Below, piece after piece: positions 9,701-22,328 of a DNA stretch of 64,000 nucleotides. A model generated the notes under the pieces. It saw only the letters and a program-made list of their open reading frames with translations. It was not told the origin of the DNA and did not search any database. The first letter of the stretch is position 1. Each line of letters starts with the position of its first letter. Position numbers and translations under genes: made by a program. This stretch comes from Macrostomum lignano (lineage: Eukaryota), in assembly GCA_002269645.1 (NCBI GenBank), contig NIVC01000978.1:248001-312000 (forward strand), read 5' to 3'.

Positions 9701-12700
9701 TTCTCCGTCCTGTTTTTATCACCATTACTTGTATATTGGTTTTATTAATGTAAGGCCTTTGACTGCCGCTCCAATTTTCCGGAGTTATGAGCTCTGCCCT
9801 CCCTGCCCGGTCCATCCTGCGCTGTCCTTGGTCCATCTGCTGGCTCCTCTGGCTGTCTCCCTGCCTAAGTGTCTCTGGCTCTCATCCTGACAGTGGATTG
9901 GTGTCCTGGGTTGGATGTTCGTCCCGAATCGGGGATACCGGCTGAGTCCGGGTCCTCTTGCTCCTTGTGCCCCTTTCCCGACCCCTTGGCCTGGCCTCCA
10001 ATATTGAGCTGGATAGGCGATACCCTTGGGTTTGTAGCCGGTAGACGGTCTTCCTGCCTGGAGTCTCGCCCTCGGAAACAAGCCTTCCAGACTCGTTCCA
10101 ATAGCAAAGCCTTTTCCGTAGACTTCGGGGTTTCCCCGCTCTCGGACCGCTCTCAGTAGTAACCCAAGCTTTTTTTCGCATTTCCATTTTTTTCTGCGCA
10201 CTCCCGAGGACTTGTCTGCTGGGGGGTGGCCTGGGTGGACTCGGTCTCAGCACCGTCCCTGATTCCACTTTTGGGTTGGCGGTGTCTTGTACCGTAGGTT
10301 TGGGCTAGTAGCACCAATTCACTAGGCTCTCACCAGAGTCCTGAGCTCTGGTCCCAATTGTGGCCTCTCGGGCTACATGCCCCTGGTAGTATGGCCCACA
10401 GACAGATCCCTGCGGTAGAGCCCCCTTTCGGGCTGATCCGCGGCAAGCCCCTGGCTTTCCACCCCCGTTTAACAACAACAACAACATGTAAAGTTAGGAA
10501 TTGATGCAGACCTGCATTACACTACTGATAGTAGCTGCAGAATTAAAAATAGTTAAGGATGGTTTGAAACGGCGCCAACAAGAGATAAGCAATCAACCAT
10601 TTTTAGCCGCTATTTTACTCAGCCTAGCTTAATCAGCTCAGATACTCTGGTTATATGGCTGCAGTGTTTCAGCATTTGGGGATGAGGGCAGAAAAGTTTA
10701 TACGCAAGCTTTTAACTTGATTTCTTGCATTCAGTTTATTCATCTCCGAGGACAGGGAGATCGAGAAGTTGCGATGGAATTGTGAATAGTTTCCAGTCTG
10801 AGACAGCCTATTTATTGGGACAGCATACAGTAGTCAAATCAACTGGGACAGCCTACAGTAGTCAAATCAACTGGGACAGCCTACAGTAGTCAAATCAACT
10901 GGGACAGCCTACAGTAGTCTGATCAACTGGGACAGCCTACAGTAGTCAAATCAACTGGGACAGCCTACAGTAGTCTGATCAATTGGGACAGCCTACAGTA
11001 GTCTGATCAACTGGGACAGCCTACAGTAGTCAAATCAACTGGGACAGCCTACAGTAGTCTGATCAACTGGGACAGCCTACAGTAGTCAAATCAACTGGGA
11101 CAGCCTACAGTAGTCTGATCAACTGGGACAGCATACAGTAGTCAAATCAACTGGGACAGCCTACAGTAGTCAAATCAACTGGGACAGCCTACAGTAGTCA
11201 AATCAACTGGGACAGCCTACAGTAGTCAAATCAACTGGGACAGCCTACAGTAGTCAAATCAACTGGGACAGCCTACAGTAGTCTGATCAACTGGGACAGC
11301 ATACAGTAGTCAAATCAACTGGGACAGCCTACAGTAGTCAAATCAACTGGGACAGCCTACAGTAGTCAAATCAACTGGGACAGCCTACAGTAGTCAAATC
11401 AACTGGGACAGCCTACAGTAGTCAAATCAACTGGGACAGCCTACAGTAGTCTGATCAACTGGGACAGCCTACAGTAGTCAAATCAACTGGGACAGCCTAC
11501 AGTAGTCTGATCAACTGGGACAGCCTACAGTAGTCAAATCAACTGGGACAGCATACAGTAGTCAAATCAACTGGGACAGCATACAGTAGTCAAATCAACT
11601 GGGACAGCCTACAGTAGTCAAATCAACTGGGACAGCCTACAGTAGTCTGATCAACTGGGACAGCCTACAGTAGTCAAATCAACTGGGACAGCATACAGTA
11701 GTCAAATCAACTGGGACAGCCTACAGTAGTCAAATCAACTGGGACAGCCTACAGTAGTCAAATCAACTGGGACAGCCTACAGTAGTCTGATCAACTGGGA
11801 CAGCCTACAGTAGTCAAATCAACTGGGACAGCCTACAGTAGTCAAATCAACTGGGACAGCCTACAGTAGTCAAATCAACTGGGACAGCCTACAGTAGTCA
11901 AATCAACTGGGACAGCCTACAGTAGTCAAATCAACTGGGACAGCCTACAGTAGTCTGATCAACTGGGACAGCCTACAGTAGTCAAATCAACTGGGACAGC
12001 CTACAGTAGTCTGATCAACTGGGACAGCCTACAGTAGTCAAATCAACTGGGACAGCCTACAGTAGTCAAATCAACTGGGACAGCCTACAGTAGTCAAATC
12101 AACTGGGACAGCCTACAGTAGTCAAATCAACTGGGACAGCATACAGTAGTCAAATCAACTGGGACAGCCTACAGTAGTCAAATCAACTGGGACAGCCTAC
12201 AGTAGTCTGATCAACTGGGACAGCCTACAGTAGTCAAATCAACTGGGACAGCCTACAGTAGTCTGATCAACTGGGACAGCCTACAGTAGTCAAATCAACT
12301 GGGACAGCCTACAGTAGTCAAATCAACTGGGACAGCCTACAGTAGTCAAATCAACTGGGACAGCCTACAGTAGTCAAATCAACTGGGACAGCATACAGTA
12401 GTCAAATCAACTGGGACAGCCTACAGTAGTCAAATCAACTGGGACAGCCTACAGTAGTCTGATCAACTGGGACAGCCTACAGTAGTCAAATCAACTGGGA
12501 CAGCCTACAGTAGTCTGATCAACTGGGACAGCCTACAGTAGTCAAATCAACTGGGACAGCCTACAGTAGTCAAATCAACTGGGACAGCCTACAGTAGTCA
12601 AATCAACTGGGACAGCCTACAGTAGTCTGATCAACTGGGACAGCCTACAGTAGTCAAATCAACTGGGACAGCCTACAGTAGTCTGATCAACTGGGACAGC

Positions 12701-15700
12701 CTACAGTAGTCAAATCAACTGGGACAGCCTACAGTAGTCTGATCAACTGGGACAGCCTACAGTAGTCTGATCAACTGGGACAGCCTACAGTAGTCAAATC
12801 AACTGGGACAGCCTACAGTAGTCAAATCAACTGGGACAGCCTACAGTAGTCTGATCAACTGGGACAGCCTACAGTAGTCAAATCAACTGGGACAGCCTAC
12901 AGTAGTCTGATCAACTGGGACAGCCTACAGTAGTCAAATCAACTGGGACAGCCTACAGTAGTCTGATCAACTGGGACAGCCTACAGTAGTCAAATCAACT
13001 GGGACAGCATACAGTAGTCAAATCAACTGGGACAGCCTACAGTAGTCTGATCAACTGGGACAGCCTACAGTAGTCTGATCAACTGGGACAGCCTACAGTA
13101 GTCTGATCAACTGTTACAGCCTACAGTAGTCAAATCAACTGGGACAGCCTACAGTAGTCTGATCAACTGGGACAGCCTACAGTAGTCTGATCAACTGGGA
13201 CAGCCTACAGTAGTCTGATCAACTGGGACAGCATACAGTAGTCAAATCAACTGGGACAGCCTACAGTAGTCAAATCAACTGGGACAGCCTACAGTAGTCA
13301 AATCAACTGGGACAGCCTACAGTAGTCAAATCAACTGGGACAGCCTACAGTAGTCTGATCAACTGGGACAGCCTACAGTAGTCAAATCAACTTGGACAGC
13401 CTACAGTAGTCTGATCAACTGGGACAGCCTACAGTAGTCTGATCAACTGGGACAGCCTACAGTAGTCTGATCAACTGTTACAGCCTACAGTAGTCAAATC
13501 AACTGGGACAGCCTACAGTAGTCTGATCAACTGGGACAGCCTACAGTAGTCAAATCAACTGGGACAGCCTACAGTAGTCTGATCAACTGGGACAGCCTAC
13601 AGTAGTCAAATCAACTGGGACAGCCTACAGTAGTCAAATCAACTGGGACAGCCTACAGTAGTCTGATCAACTGGGACAGCCTACAGTAGTCAAATCAACT
13701 GGGACAGCCTACAGTAGTCAAATCAACTGGGACAGCCTACAGTAGTCTGATCAACTGGGACAGCCTACAGTAGTCTGATCAACTGGGACAGCCTAAAGTA
13801 GTCAAATCAACTGGGACAGCCTACAGTAGTCTGATCAACTGGGACAGCCTACAGTAGTCTGATCAACTGGGACAGCCTACAGTAGTCTGATCAACTGGGA
13901 CAGCCTACAGTAGTCTGATCAACTGGGACAGCCTACAGTAGTCTGATCAACTGGGACAGCCTACAGTAGTCTGATCAACTGGGACAGCCTACAGTAGTCA
14001 AATCAACTGTTACAGCCTACAGTAGTCAAATCAACTGAGACAGCCTACAGTAGTCTGATCAACTGGGACAGCCTACAGTAGTCAAATCAACTGGGACAGC
14101 CTACAGTAGTCTGATCAATTGGGACAGCCTACAGTAGTCAAATCAACTGGGACAGCCTACAGTAGTCAAATCAACTGGGACAGCCTACAGTAGTCTGATC
14201 AACTGGGACAGCCTACAGTAGTCAAATCAACTGGGACAGCCTACAGTAGTCAAATCAACTGGGACAGCCTACAGTAGTCTGATCAACTGGGACAGCCTAA
14301 AGTAGTCAAATCAACTGGGACAGCCTACAGTAGTCTGATCAACTGGGACAGCCTACAGTAGTCTGATCAACTGGGACAGCCTACAGTAGTCTGATCAACT
14401 GGGACAGCCTACAGTAGTCAAATCAACTCTTACAGCCTACAGTAGTCTGATCAACTGGGACAGCCTACAGTAGTCAAATCAACTGGGACAGCCTACAGTA
14501 GTCTGATCAATTGGGACAGCCTACAGTAGTCAAATCAACTGGGACAGCCTACAGTAGTCAAATCAACTGGGACAGCCTACAGTAGTCTGATCAACTGGGA
14601 CAGCCTACAGTAGTCAAATCAACTGGGACAGCCTACAGTAGTCAAATCAACTGGGACAGCCTACAGTAGTCTGATCAATTGGGACAGCCTACAGTAGTCT
14701 GATCAACTGGGACAGCCTACAGTAGTCAAATCAACTGGGACAGCCTACAGTAGTCAAATCAACTGGGACAGCCTACAGTAGTCAAATCAACTGGGACAGC
14801 CTACAGTAGTCTGATCAATTGGGACAGCCTACAGTAGTCTGATCAACTGGGACAGCCTACAGTTGTCAAATCAACTGGGACAGCCTACAGCAGTCAAATC
14901 AACTGGGACAGCCTACAGTAGTCTAATCAACTCTTACAGCCTACAGTAGTCAAATCAACTGTTACAGCCTACAGTAGTCAAATCAACTCTTACAGCCTAC
15001 AGCAGTCAAATCAACTGGGACAGCCTACAGTAGTCATATCAACTGGGACAGCCTACAGTAGTCAAATCAACTGGGACAGCCTACAGTAGTCTGATCAACT
15101 GGGACAGCCTACAGTAGTCAAATCAACTGGGACAGCCTACAGTACTCAAATCAACTGGGACAGCCTACAGTAGTCTGATCAATTGGGACAGCCTACAGTA
15201 GTCTGATCAACTGGGACAGCCTACAGTAGTCAAATCAACTCGGACAGCCTACAGTAGTCAAATCAACTGGGACAGCCTACAGTAGTCTGATCAACTGGGA
15301 CAGCCTACAGTAGTCTGATCAACTGGGACAGCCTACAGTAGTCTGATCAACTGGGACAGCCTACAGCAGTCAAATCAACTGGGATAGCCTACAGTAGTCA
15401 AATCAACTGTTACAGCCTACAGTAGTCAAATCAACTGAGACAGCCTACAGTAGTCAAATCAACTGGGACAGCCTACAGTAGTCAAATCAACTGGGACAGC
15501 CTACAGTAGTCAAATCAACTCTTACAGCCTACAGTAGTCAAATCAACTGGGACAGCCTACAGTAGTCAAATCAACTGGGACAGCCTACAGTAGTCAAATC
15601 AACTGGGACAGCCTACAGTAGTCAAATCAACTGGGACAGCCTACAGTAGTCTAATCAACTGGGACAGCCTACAGTAATCTGATCAATTGGGACAGCCTAC

Positions 15701-18700
15701 AGTAGTCAAATCAACTGTTACAGCCTACAGTAGTCAAATCAACTGAGACAGCCTACAGTAGTCAAATCAACTGGGACAGCCTACAGTAGTCAAATCAACT
15801 GGGACAGCCTACAGTAGTCAAATCAACTCTTACAGCCTACAGTAGTCAAATCAACTCTTACAGCCTACAGTAGTCAAATCAACTGGGACAGCCTACAGTA
15901 GTCTGATCAACTGGGACAGCCTACAGTAGTCAAATCAACTGGGACAGCCCACAGTAGTCAAATCAACTTGGACAGCCTACAGTAGTCTGATCAACTGGGA
16001 CAGCCTACAGTAGTCTGATCAACTGGGACAGCCTACAGTAGTCAAATCAACTGGGACAGCCTACAGTAGTCTAATCAACTGGGACAGCCTACAGTAGTCT
16101 GATCAACTGGGACAGCCTACAGTAGTCTGATCAATTGGGACAGCCTACAGTAGTCAAATCAACTGGGACAGCCTACAGTAGTCAAATCAACTGGGACAGC
16201 CTACAGTAGTCAAATCAACTGGGACAGCCTACAGTAGTCAAATCAACTGGGACAGCCTACAGTAGTCTGATCAACTGGGACAGCCTACAGTAGTCAAATC
16301 AACTGGGACAGCCTACAGTAGTCTGATCAACTGGGACAGCCTACAGTAGTCTGATCAACTGGGACAGCCTACAGTAGTCAAATCAACTGGGACAGCCTAC
16401 AGTAGTCAAATCAACTGGGACAGCCTACAGTAGTCAAATCAACTGGGACAGCCTACAGTAGTCAAATCAACTGGGACAGCCTACAGTAGTCTGATCAACT
16501 GGGACAGCCTACAGTAGTCAAATCAACTGGGACAGCCTACAGTAGTCTGATCAACTGGGACAGCCTACAGTAGTCTGATCAACTGGGACAGCCTACAGTA
16601 GTCAAATCAACTGGACAGCCTACAGTAGTCAAATCAACTGGGACAGCCTACAGTAGTCAAATCAACTGGGACAGCCTACAGTAGTCAAATCAACTGGGAC
16701 AGCCTACAGTAGTCAAATCAACTGTTACAGCCTACAGTAGTCTGATCAACTGGGAGGTTTTATTAGAAGAGTTTTAGCTCCGGGTTTTAGTTCCAGATCT
16801 CTTTGGTTGAGGAAGGCCTCTGACGCCGCTTCCACCCCTCCATCTCCAACTTCGCATCAGCTTGGCCACTCTTCCGATAATAAAAAATGACCGACCATTG
16901 ATGCCACCTCGCCAATTTATGCAATAATCGTTATTTTATAAGGCTACCGCAGTTCCATTTTATAATTACTCTGCAACTCGCAGGGCCAAGCATTTGTTTG
17001 CTTAGAAGAGCCAATTTAATCAATATAGCGATGCCGCACGGAGTGGGATTGTATTTATAGCTAAAGCATCGCTATTTCGCAAATTTATCTCTTTAGCTTT
17101 TAGTCAGCCCTCAATTTGTTTTTTACTGTTTCTGCACTAGTCTGACTGCAGACAGATTCTCGGTAGCTTCTTACTATGGACCAATATTGAGCTCTTATTG
17201 AAAATTGTCTCCACATTCAAAAAAACAAAAAACACATTTTTAAAAGATGAAATTTAAATTCGGTTTTAAGAGGTTATAAAACTTGACGATACATTTATAA
17301 AGCCAGGTGAAGCAATTGCAAGCTTGTTCAATAGACAAGCATTAACAATCGGTGCTTGAAAGAGCTGTTACAAAACTCACGATACCTTTATAAAACAGGT
17401 GAATTAATTACGAGCTTGTTCAATACACAAGCATTAACAATCGGTGCTTAAAAGAGCTGTTACAAAACTCACGATACCTTTATAAAACAGGTGAATTAAT
17501 TACGAGCTTGTTCAATACACAAGCATTAACAATCGGTGCTTAAAAGAGCTGTTACAAAACTCACGATACCTTTATAAAACAGGTGAATTAATTACGAGCT
17601 TGTTCAATACACAAGCATTAACAATCGGTGCTTAAAAGAGCTGTTACAAAACTCACGATACCTTTATAAAACAGGTGAATTAATTACGAGCTTGTTCAAT
17701 ACACAAGCATTAACAATCGGTGCTTAAAAGAGCTGTTACAAAACTCACGATACCTTTATAAAACAGGTGAATTAATTACGAGCTTGTTCAATACACAAGC
17801 ATTAACAATCGGTGCTTAAAAGAGCTGTTACAAAACTCACGATACCTTTATAAAACAGGTGAATTAATTACGAGCTTGTTCAATACACAAGCATTAACAA
17901 TCGGTGCTTAAAAGAGCTGTTACAAAACTCACGATACCTTTATAAAACAGGTGAATTAATTACGAGCTTGTTCAATACACAAGCATTAACAATCGGTGCT
18001 TAAAAGAGCTGTTACAAAACTCACGATACCTTTATAAAACAGGTGAATTAATTACGAGCTTTTTCAATACACAAGCATTAACAATCGGTGCTTGAAAGAG
18101 CTGTTACAAAACTCACGATACCTTTATAAAACAGGTGAATTAATTACGAGCTTGTTCAATACACAAGCATTAACAATCGGTGCTTAAAAGAGCTGTTACA
18201 AAACTCACGATACCTTTATAAAACAGGTGAATTAATTACGAGCTTGTTCAATACACAAGCATTAACAATCGGTGCTTAAAAGAGCTGTTACAAAACTCAC
18301 GATACCTTTATAAAACAGGTGAATTAATTACGAGCTTGTTCAATACACAAGCATTAACAATCAGTGCTTAAAAGAGCTGTTACAAAACTCACGATACCTT
18401 TATAAAACAGGTGAATTAATTACGAGCTTGTTCAATACACAAGCATTAACAATCGGTGCTTAAAAGAGCTGTTACAAAACTCACGATACCTTTATAAAAC
18501 AGGTGAATTAATTACGAGCTTGTTCAATACACAAGCATTAACAATCGGTGCTTAAAAGAGCTGTTACAAAACTCACGATACCTTTATAAAACAGGTGAAT
18601 TAATTACGAGCTTGTTCAATACACAAGCATTAACAATCGGTGCTTAAAAGAGCTGTTACAAAACTCACGATACCTTTATAAAACAGGTGAATTAATTACG

Positions 18701-21700
18701 AGCTTGTTCAATACACAAGCATTAACAATCGGTGCTTAAAAGAGCTGTTACAAAACTCACGATACCTTTATAAAACAGGTGAATTAATTACGAGCTTGTT
18801 CAATACACAAGCATTAACAATCGGTGCTTAAAAGAGCTGTTACAAAACTCACGATACCTTTATAAAACAGGTGAATTAATTACGAGCTTGTTCAATACAC
18901 AAGCATTAACAATCAGTGCTTAAAAGAGCTGTTACAAAACTCACGATACCTTTATAAAACAGGTGAATTAATTACGAGCTTGTTCAATACACAAGCATTA
19001 ACAATCGGTGCTTAAAAGAGCTGTTACAAAACTCACGATACCTTTATAAAACAGGTGAATTAATTACGAGCTTGTTCAATACACAAGCATTAACAATCGG
19101 TGCTTAAAAGAGCTGTTACAAAACTCACGATACCTTTATAAAACAGGTGAATTAATTACGAGCTTGTTCAATACACAAGCATTAACAATCGGTGCTTAAA
19201 AGAGCTGTTACAAAACTCACGATACCTTTATAAAACAGGTGAATTAATTACGAGCTTGTTCAATACACAAGCATTAACAATCGGTGCTTAAAAGAGCTGT
19301 TACAAAACTCACGATACCTTTATAAAACAGGTGAATTAATTACGAGCTTGTTCAATACACAAGCATTAACAATCGGTGCTTAAAAGAGCTGTTACAAAAC
19401 TCACGATACCTTTATAAAACAGGTGAATTAATTACGAGCTTGTTCAATACACAAGCATTAACAATCGGTGCTTAAAAGAGCTGTTACAAAACTCACGATA
19501 CCTTTATAAAACAGGTGAATTAATTACGAGCTTGTTCAATACACAAGCATTAACAATCGGTGCTTAAAAGAGCTGTTACAAAACTCACGATACCTTTATA
19601 AAACAGGTGAATTAATTACGAGCTTGTTCAATACACAAGCATTAACAATCGGTGCTTAAAAGAGCTGTTACAAAACTCACGATACCTTTATAAAACAGGT
19701 GAATTAATTACGAGCTTGTTCAATACACAAGCATTAACAATCGGTGCTTAAAAGAGCTGTTACAAAACTCACGATACCTTTATAAAACAGGTGAATTAAT
19801 TACGAGCTTGTTCAATACACAAGCATTAACAATCGGTGCTTGAAAGAGCTGTTACAAAACTCACGATACCTTTATAAAACAGGTGAATTAATTACGAGCT
19901 TGTTCAATACACAAGCATTAACAATCGGTGCTTGAAAGAGCTGTTACAAAACTCACGATACCTTTATAAAACAGGTGAATTAATTACGAGCTTGTTCAAT
20001 ACACAAGCATTAACAATCGGTGCTTAAAAGAGCTGTTACAAAACTCACGATACCTTTATAAAACAGGTGAATTAATTACGAGCTTGTTCAATACACAAGC
20101 ATTAACAATCGGTGCTTAAAAGAGCTGTTACAAAACTCACGATACCTTTATAAAACAGGTGAATTAATTACGAGCTTGTTCAATACACAAGCATTAACAA
20201 TCGGTGCTTAAAAGAGCTGTTACAAAACTCACGATACCTTTATGAAACCAGGTGAAAGTCTAGAAAGATATATTATAATAGTATTAAAAACTTTAAACCA
20301 TGTGGACACCAAGCTTAAAAGTAGAAATCATCGACTTTCATTAAAAATTATTTGGCATTAAATAATTCTATCGATACTTGCTTTCGTGCGTTTAAAACAA
20401 ATGTTCAAAATAGCTTTACAAAGCTGACTTCGCTCAATTAGTATGAAGCATTTTGAATTGTTTGTTAGTTCAAACAAGCGGATCGATGCACTCGCACAGG
20501 CACTTTAGAACATTGGTGTAGCTCTCGGTGAGGTCGTTGATTCCATAGCTGTGCGTGTACCAGATATTCCCTCGATACGACGAATCGCCCATATTTGGCT
20601 GACCAGGGTTCCAGACCTCAGGCAGGAAGGTGAAATTGCAGTGCTCCCAAATCCAGGTGCCAGTGCTATAGCTACCGATTCTGTAGCCGCCAATGAGATA
20701 GCCAGAGCCGGTGCTTTCTTGAGTCTTCAGCCAGTGCATGTATTCAACTTCGGCTCTGTCCAGTCCATCAGCGTACTTGGTCAGTCCAGGCTCTGAGTTG
20801 CACTTCTAAGATCCTTCAGTCCAGGTGCTTGCCGGATAGAACTTATAGGTCATGCCGTGATTTTCATAGCCGTAGCCGCTTGGGCACAACTGGCCATTGG
20901 GCAGGTTCTTCATGTTGCGAACAAATGCCCAGCCAAAGTCGGTGCAGTTCGGCTTTTTAGGCATGTGAGTGCACGCGTCGAATAGGAACATCTGGCAGCC
21001 GAGGCCGTTGCCGCCAGGCTGACGGAAGCCGCGGCAAGATGGGCCCCGCTCGGTGCAGGCGAACGCGCACTGCATCTCCGTGGCCTTGTCCAATTCGGCC
21101 GGTTCAACAATGAGCTCCGGCTTCAGGCAGAGTCGGATGTACTTTTCCACGAACGTGTTGTCGGGTTGGCTGTACAAGACAGCGAGTGGTAGGCTTGTAA
21201 TTAGCATCATCAGAATTGACAGGCAGATCGATGGAGCGGCTGAAAGTAAAAAGAAAATAATTATCTAATTAAAGTGAGCAATAGTGGTACTGAGTGGCAC
21301 TTTTAATATTGTGAATTTCAATATTATATTATACTCACAGGTAGTTTCCATGATGAAGAAATCGACTCAGAGTTGCTGCTTTTAGATTTTAATTTGACGC
21401 AAAATTATCGTGTGAGTAGGCTTACGACTAAATTTTTAGTGTTTGGGATCAATTTTCCAACCAATGGAGAGCAAGGCGAGAAACAGAAGAAAGCTTGCTC
21501 TGCTCAATTATTTGCTCTAAGTCTAGGTAATCGCCAGAGGCTTCAAGGCTCAGCCACTGCGTGGTTGGCCGTTCCTAATTTAAGCAGCAGTAAATGATTG
21601 TATTTGCTTTATTGGTTACCATGCAACGGAAGAGATGGCATTGCCTAGTGAGTACGTATATTAGGTAAAATATGGGGAGCGGAGCGGGGCGGAGCGGAAG

Positions 21701-21704
21701 CAGT

Positions 21705-21735
<31 letters not shown>

Positions 21736-22122
21736 GACACTGACTGACTGACTGACTGACTGACTAACGAGCTAAATAACTGACAATAATAATATAATAA
21801 TTAAATACACCTGCCCTAATGAGCATATGTGCAACCGACAGCTCAGCCGCAGCTATTGTGCGGCGCATCTGAAGGCTGCGTACGGCTGTTCAGTCCAAGA
21901 ACTGGGGGGTCGCCACACACACCCTCAGTTACCCCAGCTAATGCTGGCACCCATTTTACAGCTGGGTAAACTGAAGCAATGCGGATTTAAGTGTCTTGCT
22001 CAAGGACACAAATTGTTCCAATGGGATCGGGAATCGAACCCCTGACCTTTTAGTCGTGAGTGCGACGCTCTAACCACTAGGCTGCAACCTCTTGGAACAA
22101 CTTGAACAACTGACAAGCTGAC

Positions 22123-22158
<36 letters not shown>

Positions 22159-22163
22159 TTAAT

Positions 22164-22204
<41 letters not shown>

Positions 22205-22205
22205 T

Positions 22206-22252
<47 letters not shown>

Positions 22253-22273
22253 GACTAACTAACTAACTAACTT

Positions 22274-22328
<55 letters not shown>

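Noticed and set aside
10815-20255. CRISPR-like arrays
   Set aside because: Head-to-tail repeats with no unique spacers, no cas genes, eukaryotic context.
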